DNA of 63,732 bases, counting the filler, from Dugesia japonica (Eukaryota): the NCBI GenBank assembly GCA_001938525.1. It is 6 parts of 6 records of this genome, joined end to end, with 100 filler letters (N's around TTAATTAATTAA, not from the genome) between each part and the next. Parts side by side here need not be neighbours in the genome. Positions count along the whole stretch, not along the records: positions 37,910 to 55,553 come from MQRL01642602.1; positions 55,654 to 63,732 come from MQRL01498158.1; 4 more parts are not named here. The stretch is one strand, 5' to 3'. A program made the position numbers and the translations under genes. Positions within the stretch are counted from its first letter, which is position 1. Each line of letters opens with the position of its first letter. The notes beneath the pieces are model-generated. The model was given only the letters and a program-made list of their open reading frames with translations, had not been told where the DNA came from and did no database searches. Of the stretch, positions 54,108 to 63,732 are shown piece by piece.

Positions 54108-54581
54108 ATGACGATTACAACGAGTGCAACAAGTGTAACGGAAGAAGAATTAGAGAAAATAGTAAATTCAAAGAAATGTAAATCGGTAAAGATTGATGGG
54201 AAAAATTATTATATCAGTAAAAAAGTAAAAAATGAACTTAAAGCCCAATCTAAAGAAGGTGGCTTTGCTTTTCTAGCCGCAATACCAGCAATTATAGCTG
54301 GCTTAGCATCTTCTGCCGGAATTGCATTTGTAATTGCATCTGGAGTTGCGTCGACTGTTGCAAGTTCAAGACAAGCAATCAAAACACAAAAAGAAATACA
54401 GGCTTTAGACGCCCCAAAAGGCGATGGCATATATTTAACACCTTATCAAAGTTCGGCAATACATAAATATTTAAAGAATATCATTGATGATCCTAACTTT
54501 AAAGATTTAACAAAAAAGTTTAAAGATGGAATTGAATTAATTCAACAAGGTGATGGATTATATTTAACATATAGAAAATAG
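54108..54581 (+). CDS. Polinton/adintovirus pX-like virion protein
   Basis: Intact 157-aa ORF with EGG|F followed by a hydrophobic helix (AFLAAIPAIIAGLASSAG) and two GDG(I/L)YL repeats, a pattern typical of Polinton pX-like core proteins. Confidence 0.7.
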   Translation: MTITTSATSVTEEELEKIVNSKKCKSVKIDGKNYYISKKVKNELKAQSKEGGFAFLAAIPAIIAGLASSAGIAFVIASGVASTVASSRQAIKTQKEIQALDAPKGDGIYLTPYQSSAIHKYLKNIIDDPNFKDLTKKFKDGIELIQQGDGLYLTYRK

Positions 54582-54582
54582 A

Positions 54583-55450
54583 ATGAATACAAAACAAGTT
54601 GAAAATAGAATTAGAGATTTAAAAGCTTTAATTAAAGGTCAAGAAAAATATAATGATTTTTTCTGTGCAAGAAACTAGCAAAGCAAATTATCAATTTTAC
54701 AACAACCAACAATTACAGCAATAGAAAAAACTAAAAGTAATAAACCAATAGAACCATTACTAGAAAATGAAATATTAAATGAAGAACAGGAAGATAAAAA
54801 AATCTGTTTTATGATAAAAAATAAACTAAAAATAGAACTAACCCTTAAACATGGAAAAATTATGGAATTATTTTCAGAAGATAATACAACACCATTTCAT
54901 CCAGAGAATATGACATTTAAAAATAGAATATTAACAAAAAGAATAACTACAGTAGTAAATTTAATAGATGTGGCGATTAATAAAAATTTTACAATGTTAA
55001 ATTATAAAGATAGTGAAGTGATTATATTTTTCTTTAACATTTGCAGGAAATCACATTTTTCAGTTAATGTGAAAATTCATATTTATCATGAAAAATTTAA
55101 AGATATAATTATGGGGAATAGAGGAAAAATAGGAGATGATGAAGATACAAAACATTATATTGAAATATATTTAAATGATATAATAAAACATGCTACTATT
55201 AATAATCAATATTAGTATTTTTTAAAATCGAAAATAGTAAAAGGAAGAGCAAAAAGTTTACCCAGAACCCATAAAGGAAAATCTCTTGGGCCGATTGACT
55301 TATTTGAAAAGTAAACATTATTAATTTCAGCAGCAAAATCTGGACATGAAAATGTTGATGAAGAAATTAAAGAGACATGTAAAAAATTAAAGATGATGGG
55401 TTTAATATCTAACATGGTTTATAAAAAATATAAAACTAAAACTTTCTCTT
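54583..55450 (+). pseudogene. Conserved uncharacterised Polinton ORF, frameshifted
   Basis: Starts MNTKQVENRIRDLK. Ends in LLISAAKSGHENVDEEIKETCKKLKMMGLIS, resembling the LL....AGN....EI..I...L...G.I tail of a recurrent Polinton gene (from recall). Confidence 0.5.
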
Positions 55451-55481
55451 AGAAAATAGCAAAGCTTGAGCTACGGAAAAA

Positions 55482-55553
55482 ATGTCGCATCAATTCTTAA
55501 TAGTTGGAAAAGAACAAGATTTAAAATTAGATTTAAAATTTCCTATAGAATTA
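55482..55553 (+). CDS. Probable start of the Polinton minor capsid (penton) protein, cut by the gap
   Basis: MSHQFLIVGKEQDLKLDLKFPIEL resembles the N-terminal strand and (P)PIEL motif of Polinton minor capsid proteins. Only 24 codons are visible. Confidence 0.5.
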
Positions 55554-55734
55554 NNNNNNNNNNNNNNNNNNNNNNNNNNNNNNNNNNNNNNNNNNNNTTA
55601 ATTAATTAANNNNNNNNNNNNNNNNNNNNNNNNNNNNNNNNNNNNNNNNNNNNTATTTTAATGAAATCTCAAATCCAATCAATGGTTAAGTCCAACAATT
55701 ATTCTCACAATAATTGTAATTATAAACTTATATA

Positions 55735-56420
55735 GATTGTCCAATATAACTTGAACGATTCAAGTAAGTAACCTCCCTATTAAGCTGGAGAGCAATCAAG
55801 TCATTTACAATTTTAAAAATTTTGTGAAAGCTCAGTTTTGAGACATAAAAAAGTTTTTCTTAAGATTTTTATCTTACCACAACATACTATTTTCGAGCAA
55901 CTTAAAATAAATTTTTTTCTAACTCAGTTTTACTTTCAGATCTTAATGCAGTCTTTGCATATACATAAGTATTACAGATATAATCTTGATTAAATTTTAC
56001 CGCACTATGGGGTTTGTCACTTCAGCAACTAGTTGGAAATGAAATTAAAGTAACATAATTTTTCTTTCGGCGATAATAGTTTTTGACTTTTTGTAACCGG
56101 TACAATTTGTTGTCTAAAATCAACAAGTAAGTTTCTTAAGTAATCATATAGTTCACTAGGTATCAACAGATCAACTCCAACACTATTACCAGAAGACAAT
56201 AAATGTAAGTCTAATATAACAAAACTTTATTCGAGTCTGAATAAACCCAACAGTATAAAGTATTAATATCTACAACATGGTGCTTATTTACAAATGTGAG
56301 ACCACCTTTGATACCACTATCAAGAAAATGTACATATCATTGTTAGTCAAAAGCTCAATGGGTTCATCTAAATTCATCACAGCAGAAGCCCAACCGATTC
56401 CAGAAATTTCAAAGAAATTA
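55735..56420 (-). pseudogene. Highly degraded pPolB central fragment
   Basis: ISGIGWASAVMNLDEPIELLTNNDVHFLDSGIKGGLTF, VKFNQ, ALRSESKTELEK..FKLLENS, SYIGQSI. Confidence 0.7.
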
Positions 56421-58057
56421 ATGAGAAGTTTGAGAAAGATAATTCAGCACTTCCATAAATGTACTGTTTTGGAATTCTAACTTAATTTGATTAGTAAAGG
56501 TTTGTAAAACTGAGTACTGAAAATTAAAAGTCGCTATTTATTTCTTTACTACTAAATAATCAAAAGTATTCAAAAGATATTCAGAATAGCCGGTCTGAAC
56601 ATAAACCTTTGTACAAATCGATCTAATCCACAATAATTCACACATAATTGTCACCCAAAAATCTTTAAAGCTTTGCATAAAAATTCAAATTTATTAACTT
56701 TTTCGCACCAACTTTCCGCTGATGACACTAATCTAAATTTATGGTGTGCCGACATTTAAACACGCAATAGATAATCACACGACACTTAAATACAGACTTA
56801 ATTTTTGTATTTTAAAAATCCAATATTGGATTATTTAAATCCTTCAGAATATGGAATAGTTGATACATGTCTGTGACTTTGATATTATTTTCACAATTGA
56901 ATTATTGTTTAAAGATTTTACGATGAGATTATATAATAATTATTATTTTTATTATTATTATCATTAATAAACTGTTAAAAGTTTAATAAGTAAATTTAGA
57001 AAATAAATAATAACCTGATAATAATTTCCACAATATGATTGGCTCTCTCAAATTTAATTGAAAAAAATTAGTGATTTATATCGTAATAATTTTTTTTAAG
57101 TTTAATACGTTATTATATTATAGAAGGTAGAAAAAAGATAAGCACACAGCATGCGCCCACATAGAATCATAAACACACCTACATTTTTTTAAAACTTAAT
57201 ACGTTTTTTAAAGATTAATACATTATTTTTTAAAAACTTATATTTTGGTATATATTTTTAAAATGAATTTTGAAACGATTTCTAATGCAGATTCTGAATC
57301 AACGGGACCCTGCAGGCTCCCAAATAGCCGATTAAAGTAAATATTTTATTTTGTCTTGATGTTTTTACAATTTACCAGGATTTCTGCTGTGGACAAAAAA
57401 CGAAAAATAAAAGCCTATGATGATGGCAAAAACTGTGAGTGAGATCCTAAATGTTAATTTAGGATCCTTAAAACATATAATTTACAGGTAAGCTTTATTT
57501 TTTTTTATTTATTTTTAATTATTTTATTATAAAAAAAAATTTAAACATTCATTTTTTTAGATATTCCGAAACCGGATTAATTTCTACCGGAAAAAGGGGT
57601 GAATTCCGAAAAAAATTAAAAATGAAGAAATGGCGGATTAATTAGTAGAAGAGATTTATAAGAAACCAAATATGACATTAGCCGAAATGCAATTATTTCT
57701 CAGTGGAAAAGGTCTCAGCGTCTCATTAACAACAATAGCAACCTTTTTAAAGAATCGCTTTTATACATTCAAAAAGTTGCGATATTCCAGCGCTGAAAAA
57801 AATTTAGAAAGAGTAAAAAATTTAAAAACCGACTATGTCGAAAAATATTTGGAGGATGCAATACGGTCGAAGCAATGCATATATATTGATGAGACCTATT
57901 GCAATGTGTGGACACAAATGTTAAAAGGAAGAAGCATTAGTGGCGAAAATTTTTACATTCAAGTCTCAAGCTAATGAGGCCAAAACAAATCTATAATAAT
58001 GGCTATGAACATCAATGGACCAATTCATTTCTCAGTAAATCACTTGTCAATCAAGTG

Positions 58058-61000
58058 GGTAGATGGATAATAGCGCATGAGACAACCCCCCTCATTAGTG
58101 TTGTATTTTCTTTGTTAAAGATGCACTAGTGTTGCATTTTCCTTGTTATAGTTGAATTCAATTTGCATTTTCCTTGTTATAGTTACCTTTTTGTTTTAAT
58201 GTTTAATTTTTTTTGTTTTAATAAATTGGTGATTTTTGAAGGAATTGTAACATTTCTTAAACTTTTTTTTTCTATCTTGTTTAAAATTTTATTTTATTTC
58301 TTTTATTTTCATTCTTTTGTTGAAATGTTTTTTTTCTGATTTTTTTTAAAAATGTTTTATTTTATTCATCATTTGGTTTAGTATTGTTCATCTCTTCCTC
58401 TGATATTGCATCTATTTCATCTATCTCTACATCATTTTCTTGAAAATCATATAATATTAAATAATTATTTAGATTAATGTTAGTTATTATTATATCCTTG
58501 AACCGATGAAGTTATATTACTAACCATATCGTTTATAATATCATACAAATGTATTAATAATTAGTTGTTAAGTTTATATCAGTCCTTTGTTTATCTTACA
58601 TTTTCGTTGCTTAACATGTATTTATGATGCACACATGGATAAAATTTTAATATTTCCTCGGGAACAATTAATATTAATATTTTAAATAGATGAGTATATT
58701 TGCTGTATAATGTGTATTATATGACTCTATTTGGTTTATTGCATGTATTTACCTGTATTTATAGGTTTTTGGTATCTTTTAACTAGTTCAATTGATGTAT
58801 TTGTATGTATTGAATGTAATTAGGTTTATTGTGAGTGTATTATATGAAATTATTAGGGTTATTGCATATATTATATGACTATATCGATTTAATTGTATGT
58901 ATTACATGACTATAGGGTATATTGTATGTATTTAAATGATTTTATTTGGTTAAATATATGTATTATATGACATTATTGAATGNAATTTATGACATTATTT
59001 CGTGTACTATGCGTATTATATGACATTATTTCATTTATTGTGGTTATTATAGTGTATATTGTATTATGTGAATATATAGAGTATTTTTGTATGCATTATA
59101 TAATTTTATAAGGTTTATTGTGTATATTATATAATATTATTGGGCGTATTGTATGTATTATATAATATCATTTCATGTATCTCATGTAATATATGAATAT
59201 ATGGTATATTGTATGTATTTAAGTGACTATATTGAGTTTATTTTATGTATTATATATTTTTATTAGGTTAATTGTATGTATTATATGAATATATAGAGTA
59301 TATTGTATGCATTTATATGACTTTAATGTGTTAATTATATGTATTATAAAACATTATTAGGTGTAATTTATAACATTGTTTAATGTATTGTTTGTATAAT
59401 AAGGTGCATCGTGTGTATTATTTCATTATATTATGTTAATTGTGTGTATTATATGACTTTATAGATTTTAATGTGTATTATAAGAACATATTGAGTTTAA
59501 TGTATGAACCCAGTGACTTTATATGGTTTATTGTGCATAAAGTATCCATTGCTTTACTATGTATGAAGCTCCATTGAGTTTTTTGTTAGACTCCATTGAG
59601 ATCTATGTTATTTTTGTAAAATAATATACATCTACGTTATGCTTCAAAATATTACATAGATATTACATAAATATTACATATGCTTCAAAAATAACATAGA
59701 CATCTATGTTATGTTTGAAAATATTACATATACATCTATGCAATTTATGCAAACTTTTATTGACTTCAATGCAATATTTATGCAATATTTTCCTATGTTT
59801 TACATATGATTTTGGAAACGTTTAGTGACATATATGTTATGTTTGAAAATATTACATATACATCTATGTTAAGTTTGAAAACATTATATAGACATTTATA
59901 CAATTTCAAAACATTTGATCAATAAGTTCATTTATAAATGATACAAAACATAATAATAACCCAGTAAAAACAATATAAAACCATATAATAATCATGTAAA
60001 TCAGTAAAGAAACCATACAATAACCATATATTTACCTTAAAAAACCATATAATAACTCTATGTTATAACTCTACCTTATAAATGCTATATTAATTATATA
60101 GTTATCCGATAAAGCCAAATAAAAATCTTAAACATTCCTATAAAAACAATATAAGAACATATAAAATAATATAACTATCTCATAAACAATAACCATATAA
60201 AACCCTATAAAACCTACAATCAAACATATAAAACACTATAAAACAATAAAATTATTCTATAAAAGTCTATGCTTACTTAATGAAACATATAATTACCCTA
60301 TAAAACCATATAAATAACATAAAAAACATAAAATCATATTAAACCGTACAATAACTTTATAATTTCTAAAAACATTATAATAACATATAAAACCATACAA
60401 TTATAATAAAAAATTCTACAAAATTTTAGAAAAACCTTACTTTTCCTTAATATTCGATCTTTGTATACAACTTGCAAACCTATAATGTCTTTCTTAATTC
60501 TAATTGCACTCGTGTTGCAAAAAATAAATTACATAGAAGTCCCCAAAATTTTTCAAATACACAGTAAACCAATGGGAAAAAATTTTGAAAATTGCATAGA
60601 AGTCGACAAAAAAGTTTAAAAATTACATTTAAGTCTATGAAAATATAAAATGGTATTTGTATGTGTGCTCATTTTTATTAAATATGACATGTGCAACACG
60701 AATGCAACATATTAACATTTTAAAAAATTTTAAAAAAATAAGAAAAAAAACGTTTCAACAAAAAAAATTTCAGAAATAAAAAATTCAAGAAAAAAAAACA
60801 AATTCAGATTAAAAAAATTTCATTAATAAAAAATTTCAACAAAAAATAATTTAAAAAAAATAATTCAAATGAAAAAAAAATGAAAAAAAAAATAGAATAG
60901 AAAAAAAATTTAAAAAAGAAATTTTACAATTCCTTCAAAAATCACCCATTTATTAAAACAAAAAATTAAACATTAAAAATTAAACATAGAAAAATTAAAA

Positions 61001-62397
61001 CAAAAAGGTTTCTTTAACAAGGAAAATGCAAACTAAATTCAACTATTACAAGAAAATTGTAAATTTAATTCAACTATAACAAGGAAAATGCAACACTAAT
61101 GCAACTATAACAAGGGAAATGCAATACTAATGCAACTATAACAAGGAAAATACAACATGAATTCAATTAAACAAAGAACATGAGTCCTATTTGTGCAAAA
61201 TTAATGCAATGGACGATAAATCAAAGTTTCAAAAAGGTTTCTTTAGAATAATATGGGATTTTATAGGTTATCTATATAGTTTTATATATTCTTAAAAAGT
61301 TTTAAGATTTNNNTGGTTTGAAAATGTTTTTAAAGTTTATAAGATTTTAATTAATAAGTTTTTAAATTATAAATTTTAAATTAAATTAATTTTTTTTAAG
61401 TATATTAAATTAAAAAATGATAGATAATTAATTATTATTATTATATGGAAATTATTTATTTATTTTTATTTAACTGAGCTAAATAAATAAAACCGTAGAT
61501 GACCTTGAAAAATATATAAAATAAGTGAATATTTATTTGTTAATTTATTTTAATGATTATTTTTTAATTTTAGATAGTAACAGAATGAATTCAAGGAAAA
61601 ATATTTCAACAAATACGATGAGAAGTTTTAACTTGATAAGTTTAATTAATTTATTTATTGTTATTGATTTATATTTTAGAATGAAAAAATAAATGATGTG
61701 TCTAAGGAATTTTATGACAAAGGAATTTATGAAATGGTTATTTTTATTAAGATTAAATTTTACGTTAATGACTATCTTTAATAATTTTAAGTTAATGCTT
61801 TTATTTAAATAATTTCATGTTAATGATTTTATTTTAATTTGATTATAATTTAATTTCAATTTTTATTGTAATGATTTAAATTTTACATAATATCATCAAA
61901 TTTTAACTTAATTTAATGATTTTAATTGAACTTAATGATATAACTTAATTATTATGAAAAGAAGCACATTTACAGGTAATTTTGTTTGTTATTTAAACTA
62001 TTTAATTTGTACTATTAAAATCTAATTTACAATTAAGATCCAAATTTAAACAACTGTACATAATGACTGTGATTATCTATGTTTCATCAACAATAAATTT
62101 TATGTTTTTATTAGTCTTTTCATTTGATTTTTATATATTACTTTTAATATTGTCTGAGCAGCGTCTAATCTTAATAATTTAATTTATATTAATTTAAACA
62201 AAGAATCACTAATTTCGGTAAATTAAACAAAAATAATTAATTTGACTTACTTTAAACGAAAAATCAATAATTGTACTTCATTTAAACAAAATAAATACTT
62301 TCACCTCATTTAAACTAAAAAATGGAAAAAAATCGACCGAAAAAAAAGTTTCTCTCCGGGGGGCAGGTGTGGCCTCATGCGGTTCTATCCATCTACT
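58058..62397. mobile_element. Non-coding TIR element with (A/G)GTAGATGGATA termini and 6-bp TSD
   Basis: Left end GGTAGATGGATAATAGCGCATGAG; right end reverse complement AGTAGATGGATAGAACCGCATGAG. TSD CAAGTG at 58052-58057 and 62398-62403. Contains an internal inverted repeat and degenerate minisatellites. Confidence 0.8.
58700..60420. repeat. Degenerate minisatellite arrays
   Basis: Units like TATTGTATGTATTATATGA (~58700-59540), AATATTACATA/CATCTATGTTA (~59600-59900) and AAAACCATATAA (~59950-60420). Confidence 0.7.
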
Positions 62398-62967
62398 CAA
62401 GTGATGTATCAACAATTTATTCTAGATTTATCATTGAATTTGGATGCAAATGAATATTATCTAATTCATAAATTTACAATCATACTTTCACCATAACAGT
62501 CAACCACAAGATACTCCATCTTCCACCTTACAGCCCATTTTTAAATCCGATCGAAAATTATTTTTTGCATTTTAAATACAAATTGCTGAAAGTTTTGACC
62601 AAAAATTTGGATTTAAATCCAGATTCAAAATTTATTCAAATCGATTTGGACATTTCTTCAATATTCGAGGAAGATAGAGACACTAGCATGGTGAAATATT
62701 ATAACAAATTAAAAACATTTTATCCAGCGTGTTATGTATTAAATAATGCATAAATTTCGAAAATATATATACTTTATTATTAAACTTAACTTCAAATTGA
62801 TTAATTCGATATTAAAAAATAGTTATTAATTAAAAATAAAAATTTTAACTAATTTTTACATTAAAAAATCAAAAAACTTATAAACAAAGAACTTTAAAAA
62901 TCGTAAATTTTTACTTATCAAACTTTAAACAGTGTATTATTATATTATAATAATAATAATATTAATA

Positions 62968-63014
<47 letters not shown>

Positions 63015-63732
63015 AAAGAAATAATGTAATAAATAATTATAAAATAATCTAATTAAAATTATAAAACTATTTCAGTCAATTATATTNTTTGTGAAACTAA
63101 TTAATATTAAAATAAATAAGTGTCTCTATTGAGATTTTTTTTGACGAAATCAGTTTATCAGTAATTATCAACAGTTTCTCCTAATCATTATTTTCAGATC
63201 AATTTGTATAAATAATTATAATGAATATTCAGCACTTATCAATGTTAATTATGGATTATTTTATCCGGTCAGATGATGGAGAGGACGATGTGGACGATAA
63301 TACTTAATGTCTGCAATTACATCTCTAAAAAATTTTGAATATGAGGAACAGTTTGAAGAGAAATAAACTCACAATACATATTTATTTATTGATTGGGATT
63401 AAATATATAGAACCAGTTTGTTCTCATTATTTATCATTCATTGAAATAATTCACAAGGCACTTGAAAACAGACAAAATAGGAAACACAAGGAAAATATTT
63501 AGAAATCCTATTATTTTTTATCTGAATAAAAATTATAGATTATTCCTAAATCTCGATTATTTTTCTATGAATTGAATAATAATTGTCAAATAGAGCTTTA
63601 TAATTTGTGTTGTTTTTTTTTTCTCTTTAAAAATTAGTTTCAATAAACTCAGAAAAATAAGCAAAGAAGTGGAATTCTTTCACAAAATTTGGTTTTGTTT
63701 TAATCTTTGTTCAAATAGAGAAAATTTTTTTT

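Larger units (their letters stand above)
48991..55553 (+). mobile_element. Endogenous Polinton/Maverick (adintovirus-like) element, left arm, truncated by the contig end
   Basis: AGTAATAG putative terminus, subterminal tandem repeats, then pPolB, a pX-like ORF, a conserved ORF and the start of a minor capsid protein, all co-oriented. Confidence 0.85.
57560..62760 (+). mobile_element. IS630/Tc1-like transposase pseudogene split by a 4.3-kb insertion
   Basis: 5' part: MTLAEMQ...YTFKKL...IYIDET (57672-57974). 3' part after 62398: HKILHLPPYSPFLNPIENYF. Confidence 0.8.

Overview
This is very AT-rich animal genomic DNA with spliceosomal genes (many 40-50 nt introns) and (AAT)n microsatellites. It looks like an invertebrate, possibly a flatworm, but that is inference only. 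Five artificial 100-bp linkers (N44-TTAATTAATTAA-N44) split it into six contigs, so adjacency across linkers is not trustworthy. Host gene pieces: glycine decarboxylase P-protein (4 exons, minus strand), a TSPN + short interrupted triple helix + COLFI collagen (12 exons), three exons of an MRL/Grb7-type PH domain, and one adhesion-GPCR TM4 exon. The rest is decayed mobile DNA: hAT, mariner, pogo, IS630/Tc1, Gypsy, Penelope and MITEs, plus Polinton/Maverick (adintovirus-like) remnants. The main finding is an endogenous Polinton-like virus (~48991-55553). Its protein-primed DNA polymerase B is interrupted at catalytic motif C (YSD|TDC) by a Ser...Asn intein with two LAGLIDADG homing-endonuclease motifs, resembling the giant-virus PolB inteins. 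An intein-free pPolB relative lies about 4 kb away. Other findings: minimal type I hammerhead ribozyme motifs in Penelope-associated and hairpin repeats, and a family of non-coding elements with AGTAG termini (one with a 6-bp TSD).
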